A program made the position numbers and the translations under genes. The notes under the pieces are model-generated. The model made no database searches. It saw nothing but the letters and a program-made list of their open reading frames with translations, and had not been told where the DNA came from. A stretch of 64,000 nucleotides of DNA, taken from positions 82,331 through 146,330 of the IMG/VR virus record IMGVR_UViG_3300005535_000017; one strand, 5' to 3'. The stretch is from a virus. Taxonomy: Duplodnaviria; Heunggongvirae; Uroviricota; Caudoviricetes. This document shows, piece by piece, positions 18,023 through 26,540 of the stretch; the first letter of the stretch is position 1, and the number at the start of each line of letters is the position of its first letter.

Positions 18023-20041
18023 ATGAATCTCTTCCTCGATCAGGACTTCAAGCCGACCTTCGAGAAGGTGGCCATGCCGGTGAAGCTCGGTGACAACACC
18101 GAGAACTGGCAGCGGGAGATCGCATCGGAGATCTACAAGCAGCTCCCCTACCTGGCGGACTACTCGGTCAACGTGATGCTCGATCGCGTGGATGCCCAGC
18201 GGGGCTACGCCTTCGGAGCTGCCGAAGTCACCAATCAGACGGATTCTCCTCTGCCTGATCAGCCGGAGAACTCGGTCAAGATCCCCATCATCGTCAAGGA
18301 CCGGCTCATGCAGCCACTGGACGTGATGCTCGATGGCAACGAGGCTCTTCCTCTCAACGAACGCCGCCTGCGGGAGAAGCTCTTCCGCACGGCCGCCGTC
18401 GAGACGTCAACCCGCAAGCCCACCGATCAGGGCATGGTCGACCAGCTCTATCCGCCGATGCGTACCAATTACGGCTACGGCAATGCCGTGGCGACTGGCG
18501 TTGGTGTTGGCGGCTTCGGCAAGCAGGCGTCAGCGAAGAAGCCCCTGTGCGAGGTGATTGCCTCGACCATCTCTGATCAACAGTACGAAGCCTTCCTCGA
18601 GAAGATCGCCTCCGACGAGGAGACCCGTCTTCTCTTCCTGAAGAACGCGTCGGTTCGGAAGATCTCGAACCGGATGGCGATGGTTCAGCACATGAGCGTC
18701 GAGAAGACGGCTTCGGCGCTGATCCACAGCATCAAGCCGACGGTCGTGCAGATCACCAAGCTCGCCTCGGGCAACTTCAAGGTGAAGTGGGCCAACGCCG
18801 GCGCCTTCGCTCCGCAGGAGATGCAGGCCTCGCCGGACCAGGCTGCCGCCATGGCTGGGCAGGACATGTCGAAAATGCAGCCAGGTCAGACCATGACGGT
18901 CACCACCCAGCGTGCTCAGAAGCAGGGCCTGGACGAGCCGGATGGGGCGCTCATCACTGAGTTCGGTGATTACGCTGTGAAGAACGCGGACAGTGGCGAG
19001 ACTCTGATGGGCACCGTGCTGCCTGTGGTCGACTTCCAGATGCAGCCACTTGAGTTCTTCGTCTTCACTGATGGCCACGGCGCCTATGGTGCTCAGGACG
19101 AGATCATCGGTGTGCGTCAGGAGGGACCTGGCGGCATGGCTCTCGAGGCGGCTCAAGGACAGCAGCCGCAGGGCGACGGCATTTTCGTCTACCACCCACA
19201 GGGTGGTGCCAAGCCATTCTCGACTCTTCCTCTCACCATCGAATCGACCTCGCAGGGCCCGGACGGGATGCTGCAGTACATGGTCAGCGACGTCTTCGGG
19301 GCGCAGATGACCCTCGTCCCCACTCCTGGTATCTCTGCATTCGAGCCGATGGGAGAGGGCGATATGTTCGCCATCCCGGACGACATGCAGTGGGTGCCCC
19401 TGAGCGGAGAGCCGGTTCACCTGGCCAAGGGTGACACCCCGGACTCGGCGGCCGATGCCAAGAGCTTGCCGAACGAAGTGGCCGTCAAGTCGACGGGCCC
19501 AGGAGAGACGTCTCTCGAGGGCATGCCGGTCATGAAGGTTGCCCGAGACAACCGCTGGTTCTTGAAGACGGCGGAGGCAACGTTCCTGCTCTGCGCCATG
19601 GGCCTTACCCAGGACGAAGCGCAGGAGGTTATCAAGGAAGCGGAGCGTCGCCCCAATAAGCTGGTGAAGCTTGCAGGCCTGAACCCCATCGTGCCGCTCG
19701 GCGACATCCACGCGAATGCAGAGAAGAAGGCTGCGGCGCTGCTCGAGCAATTCGATTACAGCTTCTGGCGCCGGGACTTGGTGAAGGAGGCGGCTGCGCT
19801 CGAGGACACCGAGACGGCCGACAAGATTCTCGCCATGAACTTCATCAACCCGGAGAACATCTCCATCTTCGCCAGCTACCTCCCCGACCTCGACACGACA
19901 TCGACCAAGCTCGCCGAGATGCTGATCGCCTCACGTCTCGGCCTCAACCAGGTCCCGACTGGTGCCGCCGAGCGTGCCATGAAGAACATGGAAGAGGTGA
20001 TCGGCGGCCTTCGCTCGCTCCAGCAGAAGGAGCTCGTCTAA
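18023..20041 (+). CDS. hypothetical protein, probably structural (672 aa)
   Basis: Start 1 nt after the spike stop (translational coupling). No motif recognised. Confidence 0.5.
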   Translation: MNLFLDQDFKPTFEKVAMPVKLGDNTENWQREIASEIYKQLPYLADYSVNVMLDRVDAQRGYAFGAAEVTNQTDSPLPDQPENSVKIPIIVKDRLMQPLDVMLDGNEALPLNERRLREKLFRTAAVETSTRKPTDQGMVDQLYPPMRTNYGYGNAVATGVGVGGFGKQASAKKPLCEVIASTISDQQYEAFLEKIASDEETRLLFLKNASVRKISNRMAMVQHMSVEKTASALIHSIKPTVVQITKLASGNFKVKWANAGAFAPQEMQASPDQAAAMAGQDMSKMQPGQTMTVTTQRAQKQGLDEPDGALITEFGDYAVKNADSGETLMGTVLPVVDFQMQPLEFFVFTDGHGAYGAQDEIIGVRQEGPGGMALEAAQGQQPQGDGIFVYHPQGGAKPFSTLPLTIESTSQGPDGMLQYMVSDVFGAQMTLVPTPGISAFEPMGEGDMFAIPDDMQWVPLSGEPVHLAKGDTPDSAADAKSLPNEVAVKSTGPGETSLEGMPVMKVARDNRWFLKTAEATFLLCAMGLTQDEAQEVIKEAERRPNKLVKLAGLNPIVPLGDIHANAEKKAAALLEQFDYSFWRRDLVKEAAALEDTETADKILAMNFINPENISIFASYLPDLDTTSTKLAEMLIASRLGLNQVPTGAAERAMKNMEEVIGGLRSLQQKELV

Positions 20042-20166
20042 CCCAGGAGGTCTCTCATGAGTAAGCCGGATGCCGATCGTACGAAGGAAATGGACGACAT
20101 CCAAGCAGAGATCCGAAAGGTCGTCGAGCGCATCGACGCTTCATCGAAGAAGAAGACCAAGGAGCC

Positions 20167-21000
20167 GTGACGACACCTCTCTTCACCGCCTTCTCCGACG
20201 AGTTCCAGCAGATCCAGCGACTGAAGCTCGCGAGTCCGCTTGGTGTCGCAAAGTCGTGGTTGAAGGGGCAGTACGCACAGCTCGGCAACGCCGCGGCCCA
20301 GGCATCCCAAGGACACCAGTCCTTCAGCCCGATGCTTGGTCAGCCCGCTCCACCGATCGTCGGAACGATCACCAACTTCCTCGCCAACAAGCTGCCGACC
20401 CCAAAGAAGCCACCGGGGCCGGTCATCGAGGGAGCCAAGCGCCTTCTTAGCTCTAAGCCGGCGAAGACGATCATCCCCCTCATCGATCAAACCAGCGAGT
20501 TCTTGAAGCTCGCACAGGTCGAGCCCTACCAACAGAAGACACAATACTCATGCTCAGCGGCGTGTCTGAAGGCCGTGCTCGAGCACTGGGGAGCCGATCG
20601 CTTTGCCGAGCACGAGATCATGTACGCCATCGGCGTGCGCGATCGCGGCGGTGCGGAGGTGGACGAGATCACCCGTGGAGCTCAGAAGCTCGGCTTCGAC
20701 GCGTACGACAAGTGCTTCTCGTCCCTCGATGAGGCGAAGGCAATCACCGATCAGGGCATCCCGATCATTGCCGACTTCCAAAGCTTCAACAACCCTGGCA
20801 AGGGGCACTACGTCGTCATCACTCAGATCGACGACAATGTGGTCCATCTGATGGACCCCAACACCGATGGCAACCAGCGTGTTATTACACGCGCTGAGTG
20901 TGAGCAGCGGTGGTGGGACAAGACCATGGCCCCGCCACACAACCTGATGGTGAAGTGGGGAGTGGTGGTCACCCCAAGGAGTGGCGATGGGACTCGGTGA
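20167..21000 (+). CDS. putative papain-like cysteine peptidase (C39-like domain)
   Basis: 277 aa. C-terminal half has Cys in QYSCSAACLKAVLEHWG and His in GKGHYVVITQID, then N/D, arranged as in C39 / transglutaminase-like cysteine peptidases. Motif-level only. Confidence 0.4.
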   Translation: MTTPLFTAFSDEFQQIQRLKLASPLGVAKSWLKGQYAQLGNAAAQASQGHQSFSPMLGQPAPPIVGTITNFLANKLPTPKKPPGPVIEGAKRLLSSKPAKTIIPLIDQTSEFLKLAQVEPYQQKTQYSCSAACLKAVLEHWGADRFAEHEIMYAIGVRDRGGAEVDEITRGAQKLGFDAYDKCFSSLDEAKAITDQGIPIIADFQSFNNPGKGHYVVITQIDDNVVHLMDPNTDGNQRVITRAECEQRWWDKTMAPPHNLMVKWGVVVTPRSGDGTR

Positions 21001-21463
21001 CTTCATCAAGACTAACCCACGTGCCTTCCTCACCGGCGTTGGGGCAGTTGCTGGCGGTGCTGGCGGAGCCGTCCGTGGATTGACGATGAAGTCCTGGCAT
21101 GACCAGTGGCGAGATGTAACGCACCACTATGATGCCGAGCAGAGAAAGAAAAACGCGTGGAAGATGGGGCTCGCTGGCGGAATCGCTGGCGGTCTCGTCG
21201 GGTACACAACTCCCGTTCATACAGTGCCGGCCTCAGCACTCCCCAAAGCAGTCCCGTCGGCCTTCAAAGGCGTAAAGTCGCAGAAGGACGTGAAGAAGCT
21301 CGTCCGCGAGTTCTCGCTCAAGCACCATCCAGATCGCGGCGGTGATGCCAAGAAGTATCGAGAGTTCATCGACGCCTACAACGCGTTCAAGAAGCATCCC
21401 AAGTTCCCGAAGACGGCCATGGTGGCCTTTGTGGACGAGATGCTCCACATCCTCAATCGATGA
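20981..21463 (+). CDS. membrane-anchored J-domain (DnaJ-like) protein
   Basis: 160 aa. N-terminal Gly-zipper hydrophobic segments (GVGAVAGGAGGAV; LAGGIAGGLVGY). C-terminal J-domain signature LKHHPDRGGDAKKYREFIDAYNAF with the HPD tripeptide. Confidence 0.65.
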   Translation: MAMGLGDFIKTNPRAFLTGVGAVAGGAGGAVRGLTMKSWHDQWRDVTHHYDAEQRKKNAWKMGLAGGIAGGLVGYTTPVHTVPASALPKAVPSAFKGVKSQKDVKKLVREFSLKHHPDRGGDAKKYREFIDAYNAFKKHPKFPKTAMVAFVDEMLHILNR

Positions 21464-22917
21464 GTCGTCTCGCTACCAACCTCGGGAAGATCGCGGGCGT
21501 GGCAGGGCTACAGCCCCATCAGCAGCGTGTTGTCGATCGTATCCAGCAGCCTGACCAGCCGGGCTTGGTGGTGGCGCACGGTCTCGGTTCTGGAAAGACG
21601 AGAACTGCGATCGAGGCTCAGAAGGCTCTCAAGATGCCGTCGGACGTCATCGTTCCGGCAGCACTCCAGGCGAATTACCGCAAGGAGCAGAAGAAGTGGT
21701 TGGGCGGAGCCAAGCAGAAGGCTCATGTCCAGTCGATGCAGAACATCACGAGGAAGCGTCAGGCTCCGACGCAGCCCCTGATGATCGTCGACGAGGCTCA
21801 CCGTGCTCGTGAGCCTCAGACGCAGACCTACAAGACGCTGGCGAAGAACGAGGCCGAGAAGCGCCTGCTTCTGACCGGCAGTCCATTCTACAACCGCCCG
21901 TCTGACATTGCGCCACTCGTAGACCTCGCCTCTGGAGCGCCGTTGCTTCCGACGGACCCGGAGCGGTTCAATCAGAGGTTCATTCGTCAGAAGAAGATTA
22001 GCCCTGGCATCATCAATCGACTCCGCGGCCTCAAGCCGGGTGTCGTTGAAGAGCTGAACCCCAAGCGCCAGGAAGAGCTTCAAGGCATCTTCGACAAGTG
22101 GGTCGACTATCACCCGTCTGCGAAGGAAGACTTCCCCGAGGTCAATCGTGAGGACGTCAAGGTGCCGATGGACCCGAAGCAGCTCGAGGTCTACGACACC
22201 ATCCTGAAGAAGGCGCCACCTTGGGTGTCGGCCAAGATCCGCTCTCGTCTGCCTCCCAGCAAGCGGGAATCCCAGCAGCTCAACGCCTTCTTGGGGGCCA
22301 GTCGGCAAATCGCCAACTCCACTGCTCCCTTTCAGGAGGACGTGAAGAAGGTCTATGAGCCCAAGCTGGACGAAGCCTTCTCTCGGTTGCAGCAAGAGCT
22401 TGCCGCGAACGAGAGGGCAAAGGCTGTCGTCTACTCCAACTACCTCGGCGCAGGCATCAATCCCTACGCCCAGAGGCTTCAAGAAGCTGGCATCCCCTAC
22501 GGCGAGTTCACCGGTGAGATGCCGAAGTCGAAGAGGGACGAGCTCGTCAGGCAGTACAACGAGAACAAAATTCGCGCCCTCTTGCTCTCTTCGGCCGGTG
22601 GAGAAGGTCTCGATCTGCAGGGCACTCGACTCATCCAGATGCTAGAGCCTCACTGGAATGATGAGAAGTTGAAGCAGGTTGAGGGTCGTGGCATCCGTTA
22701 CAAGAGCCACGCGATGCTTCCCCCAGAAGAGCGGAATGTGAAGGTCCAGCGGTTCTTGGCGACTCGCCGTCCAACCGGCGTTCTCGAGAAGCTGCGCCTC
22801 AAGAAGCCAGGTGGATCGGTCGACGAGTACCTTGCCGCCAGGGCCCAGGAAAAGGAAAACTTGATCCAACAATTCCGGGCCCTACTTGAACAACAGCAGC
22901 AGCCTGCAGCACAATAG
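21460..22917 (+). CDS. SNF2-like superfamily-2 helicase/ATPase
   Basis: 485 aa. Walker A GLGSGKT, DEAH box MIVDEAHRARE, motif III LLTGSP, helicase-C motifs SAGGEGLDLQG and QVEGRGIRYKS. Confidence 0.75.
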   Translation: MSRLATNLGKIAGVAGLQPHQQRVVDRIQQPDQPGLVVAHGLGSGKTRTAIEAQKALKMPSDVIVPAALQANYRKEQKKWLGGAKQKAHVQSMQNITRKRQAPTQPLMIVDEAHRAREPQTQTYKTLAKNEAEKRLLLTGSPFYNRPSDIAPLVDLASGAPLLPTDPERFNQRFIRQKKISPGIINRLRGLKPGVVEELNPKRQEELQGIFDKWVDYHPSAKEDFPEVNREDVKVPMDPKQLEVYDTILKKAPPWVSAKIRSRLPPSKRESQQLNAFLGASRQIANSTAPFQEDVKKVYEPKLDEAFSRLQQELAANERAKAVVYSNYLGAGINPYAQRLQEAGIPYGEFTGEMPKSKRDELVRQYNENKIRALLLSSAGGEGLDLQGTRLIQMLEPHWNDEKLKQVEGRGIRYKSHAMLPPEERNVKVQRFLATRRPTGVLEKLRLKKPGGSVDEYLAARAQEKENLIQQFRALLEQQQQPAAQ

Positions 22918-22922
22918 GCTCC

Positions 22923-23810
22923 ATGCCGATCCGTCATCCTTCAGAGAACTTCATCAAGTTCCTCATCACGACGACTGACCCGCGAATGCAGGATGACGCC
23001 ATGGTCAACATGTGGGTGACCATGCTTGGGTTCCCTGAGACGCAGCCGAACTACCTTCAGTGGCTCAGGAACGAAGTCAACCAGAAGCTCCCGGCTCAGT
23101 TCACACCGCACAATCGGTTCCACCGCCCCAGTGTTCGCTTCATGCGACAGGAGGGGATCTACGGCCTCCACAACCCCGACGAAGCCAGCCATGAGGCGAG
23201 CAAGATCACCGTCCACCTTCGCGCCAGGCCACTGGTCGAAGAGCTGCTCCTCGGCCACCACCACTCCGTCACGATAGCTAAAAAAGTGAATGCCCGCCTC
23301 GAGGAGCACTTCACTGCTGATGGGATCGAGGCCTATCGTCACTACTACTGGAACGTGGATCTTCTCCGAGTCGACGAGTGGGCCATCCTCCTGCAGAACA
23401 GAGATGCGCAGCGCTCCAAGACGATGGCCATTCTGCAGGTGGGCCCGGCGATGGCGATGCATCAAGCCGGCTTCTCACAGGAGATCGAGGCGAAGGCCAT
23501 CATGCAGGAGATGCTCGAGGCCAGCTACTTCGACTTCCTCGAGTGGAAGGCCAAGCCGCAGTCGGAGGCGCGGACCAAGATGATGGCGACCATCGTCAAG
23601 GCTACCGCCCTCCTCGACGAGCGCATGCAAGAAGGTACCTCGTTGGTCAAGGATTCACTCAAGAACTTCGAGAAGTTCCGCATGGAGCATGCTCGCAAGA
23701 AGGTTCTGGATATGCGGTCTCTGGCTCCAGATGGTAACTTCACAGGGTCAGGGGCGAAGCTGCTCGAAGCACCGGATGAAGAGAAGGTTGAGAAGAAGGG
23801 GAACAAATGA
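22923..23810 (+). CDS. hypothetical protein (295 aa)
   Basis: Long ORF coupled to its neighbours. No motif recognised. Confidence 0.55.
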   Translation: MPIRHPSENFIKFLITTTDPRMQDDAMVNMWVTMLGFPETQPNYLQWLRNEVNQKLPAQFTPHNRFHRPSVRFMRQEGIYGLHNPDEASHEASKITVHLRARPLVEELLLGHHHSVTIAKKVNARLEEHFTADGIEAYRHYYWNVDLLRVDEWAILLQNRDAQRSKTMAILQVGPAMAMHQAGFSQEIEAKAIMQEMLEASYFDFLEWKAKPQSEARTKMMATIVKATALLDERMQEGTSLVKDSLKNFEKFRMEHARKKVLDMRSLAPDGNFTGSGAKLLEAPDEEKVEKKGNK

Positions 23811-24364
23811 CGACTCGTGCGGCGTTCGACGAGGCAAAGGACGCCATGGCTTCCATGGACGCCCTCCTCAAGAAGGGGCTCGGTAAGCCCGGAGTTCAAC
23901 CACTCGCCGAATTTGTCGGCGGCGGATATGAGCAGGCGATCGAGTACACCCGCGTTGAGCGACCAAAGTACGTCGCCGAAGTCGGCAAGAGAGATGGGTG
24001 CTACATCTACCATTTCTGGCCCCGAACGACTGATCTCTTGCCGACCTTCGGCGACAAGCTGGGCGATGCGATGCTCGCCAGCTTCAAGTACCCGGAGCGG
24101 ATAGCCGCGAAGCACGATGAGGTGTGGCGCTGCTTCCAAGGCGACGTAGGCACAACGACAGCTTCGACTCAGCCCCTGTGCCGCTACTGGGGGGAGGCTG
24201 GGGACTTCGCATCAGGGCAGTGCCCAGAGTGCGGCAGCGGCAACGTGGGAGTCTCGATGAGCTCCTGGGCAGTCCGCGTGACGGGCTATGCAGACAACCC
24301 GCTCGCTGACGATCTCGCCGCCAGCGTCTTCGACACCCTAGACCGACTTCTGGAGACCCCATGA
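23807..24364 (+). CDS. hypothetical protein with C-terminal CPECGSG Cys motif (185 aa)
   Basis: ATGA-coupled ORF. Cys residues C..C...CPEC. Confidence 0.55.
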   Translation: MTTRAAFDEAKDAMASMDALLKKGLGKPGVQPLAEFVGGGYEQAIEYTRVERPKYVAEVGKRDGCYIYHFWPRTTDLLPTFGDKLGDAMLASFKYPERIAAKHDEVWRCFQGDVGTTTASTQPLCRYWGEAGDFASGQCPECGSGNVGVSMSSWAVRVTGYADNPLADDLAASVFDTLDRLLETP

Positions 24365-24909
24365 GCTACCTCGAGCCGCGCATGGATGGGTTCTACGACG
24401 AGTTTGAGAAGATCTCAGCTTATTCGAATAAGCGGCTGTTTCGGGATATCGCTCCTCTTATTGGAGGGGCTGGAGCTCTTACCGGTGCCCTGAGTACTCC
24501 ATTTGGAAAAAAGACCGACGAGAAGAGCTATGCACTCCGTGCGGGGAAACGAGCACTCGTCGGAGGCGCTATCGGTACTGGTCTGTCTTTGGGAGGGTCA
24601 GCACTCGCAAAGATGGCGCACGAGCTCACCCAGAGCGAGCGCACCGACTTCGCTCAGCCCAAGAAAGAAGAAGAGGGTCACAAGGGCAAGTACCCCATTC
24701 CCGACAAGAAGCACTACGGGATCGCCCTGGGCTTCGCGAAGATGCACCACGATTCTGGCGCCCTGAAGGCCATCCATGCGAAGGGCAAGGCGATGGGCTA
24801 CACAAAAGAGGCCGAGGGGTTCGGCTCGCCCAACATCTCCGACGCCGATGAGATGGCGAAGATGGCAGGCCGCAGCCGGCAGAGGGTCAGCCAGCTTTTT
24901 GGGAGATGA
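24361..24909 (+). CDS. glycine-zipper protein
   Basis: 182 aa. LIGGAGALTGALS and LVGGAIGTGLSLGGSALA. Its 3-prime end overlaps convergent rnhB by about 23 nt. Confidence 0.55.
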   Translation: MSYLEPRMDGFYDEFEKISAYSNKRLFRDIAPLIGGAGALTGALSTPFGKKTDEKSYALRAGKRALVGGAIGTGLSLGGSALAKMAHELTQSERTDFAQPKKEEEGHKGKYPIPDKKHYGIALGFAKMHHDSGALKAIHAKGKAMGYTKEAEGFGSPNISDADEMAKMAGRSRQRVSQLFGR

Positions 24910-25492
24910 TCTTCGAGATGAACTGAGTGCGGTGGTGCGGAGTCGCCCCATTCATCTTGAGTCTGGCCTGGTGTAGCGTCGAGCCGTAGCCCTTGTTCGT
25001 CCCCCACACGTAGTTCGGGAACTCCTTGTCGAGCTCGTTCATGAGCCGATCGCGAATGACCTTGGCGAGGATGCTGGCTGCTGAGACGGGCCAGTACTTC
25101 GAATCTGCCTTGGGCTCCACTCTCTGACGGTCGATTGGCCAGCCCCTGATAGAGTACTCGCCGTCCACATAGATCAGGTCGGGAGGCTGCTTGAGGCAGG
25201 CGATGGCCCTCTGGAAGACAACGTCGTTGCACCAGTTGATGCCCTTCTCGTTGATCTCTTCCACCGAGCACTCGCCCAACCCGAAATCGAGGAGGAACGG
25301 CGACGTGAGGATGCGCTTCCACACCTCCTCTCGTTTCCTCTCGGTCGCGAATGACTTCGAGTCGGCCAGGCCCTCGATGGGAGGGTTGGACATCGTCACC
25401 TGACCGTCGAACTTGAAGAGAGCGCACGCGGCCACCAGAGGACCGGCAAGAGCACCACGACCCACTTCATCCACACCTGCGATCAGCATCAC
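24887..25492 (-). CDS. rnhB: ribonuclease HII
   Basis: 201 aa. N-terminal GVDEVGRGALAGPLVAAC matches the RNase HII catalytic motif (G[IV]DE[AV]GRG.L.GP.V.A). Conserved downstream acidic residues. Confidence 0.8.
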   Translation of the reverse strand: MMLIAGVDEVGRGALAGPLVAACALFKFDGQVTMSNPPIEGLADSKSFATERKREEVWKRILTSPFLLDFGLGECSVEEINEKGINWCNDVVFQRAIACLKQPPDLIYVDGEYSIRGWPIDRQRVEPKADSKYWPVSAASILAKVIRDRLMNELDKEFPNYVWGTNKGYGSTLHQARLKMNGATPHHRTQFISKIISQKAG

Positions 25493-25725
25493 TTCACCTC
25501 GGTGATCTTTCCGACGACGTGAGGAGGAATGAAGAGATCTCGGACGGCCTTCTCCGGGATGTTGATGATCAGCTCGCGATTGGCGGTGTTCGCAAGAGCC
25601 TTCTGGTAGTCTTCGGGTAGCTCGCCGCCTAGTGTGTCGACGGTGTACTCATCGACGGCAGCTTTCAACCACGGCACATCGCCATCTTCGCAGCCCTCAT
25701 TGGACCAAACTGTTCGAACTTGCAT
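25489..25725 (-). CDS. hypothetical protein (78 aa)
   Basis: Coupled to rnhB (overlap 25489-25492). Confidence 0.4.
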   Translation of the reverse strand: MQVRTVWSNEGCEDGDVPWLKAAVDEYTVDTLGGELPEDYQKALANTANRELIINIPEKAVRDLFIPPHVVGKITEVK

Positions 25726-25728
25726 TGG

Positions 25729-26061
25729 CTAACCTCTGTTGGTGAACGGTCCTCGCTTATCGCTCAGCAGCGGATTCTTTTGCTGAACAGGTCCGAGGCG
25801 CCGTTTCGTTCCAACGACGAGGATTAGTTTGTCTGGCTGGTTGTATATGCGCTGCAAGACGCAGTCATTCGCGTTGGCGAAGCCGTGCGCCAGATTCTGG
25901 AAGGGGCGGTAGTTCTCGCCAGTGAGTGGCTCTCTGAGATGGAAGATGACGTTCTTGATGAGTGGGTTGACAGTATCTTCGATGGTGTACGTCGAGGAGA
26001 TGTCAGCCGCTCTGTTGAACGACGCATGGAACTCTCGGACCCAGGCGAGGGAGGGTTGCAT
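25729..26061 (-). CDS. hypothetical protein (110 aa)
   Basis: First gene of a short minus-strand unit ending with rnhB. Confidence 0.45.
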   Translation of the reverse strand: MQPSLAWVREFHASFNRAADISSTYTIEDTVNPLIKNVIFHLREPLTGENYRPFQNLAHGFANANDCVLQRIYNQPDKLILVVGTKRRLGPVQQKNPLLSDKRGPFTNRG

Positions 26062-26105
26062 GGCAAAATCCTAGTGACTTTGTTAGGATCCTGGTAGAGG
26101 AATCG

Positions 26106-26540
26106 GTGAACAAGATCCGCTACCCACGAAGAACTAAGACTTGTCCACGGTGCAAGAAAGACAAGCCGGCTACGGCTAAGTTCTTCTGTCCAGACAAGCG
26201 AGGCTATATTTGCTGGTGCAGGCGCTGCTCGGCCGACCGAGCGACTGAGTGGGGAAAGACCAATCATCGTCGACAAACGGATACTCGATTCAAGAGACGC
26301 TACGGCCTCTCCATAGAAGAGTTTGATGCACTAGTCCTACAGCAGAACGGCAAATGCGCCATCTGCGGAGAGGCCCCAAAGGCCGTGAAGAGCAAACTTC
26401 AGGGATTCAACGTGGACCACGACCACAAGACGAAGAAAGTCCGGGGGCTGCTTTGCTTCGGGTGCAACACTGGAATCGGCTGCCTGAGGGATAACCCTTC
26501 CCGGCTGCGGTCTGCTGCCGACTACCTCGAGAGGATGTAA
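26106..26540 (+). CDS. recombination endonuclease VII-like nuclease (His-Me finger) with N-terminal zinc ribbon
   Basis: 144 aa. NGKCAICGEAP...FNVDHDHKTKKVRGLLCFGCNTGIG aligns with T4 endonuclease VII (GKCLICQ...HLDHDHELNG..GKVRGLLCNLCN). N-terminal CPRC...CWCRRC. Immediately upstream of the terminase gene. Confidence 0.8.
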   Translation: MNKIRYPRRTKTCPRCKKDKPATAKFFCPDKRGYICWCRRCSADRATEWGKTNHRRQTDTRFKRRYGLSIEEFDALVLQQNGKCAICGEAPKAVKSKLQGFNVDHDHKTKKVRGLLCFGCNTGIGCLRDNPSRLRSAADYLERM

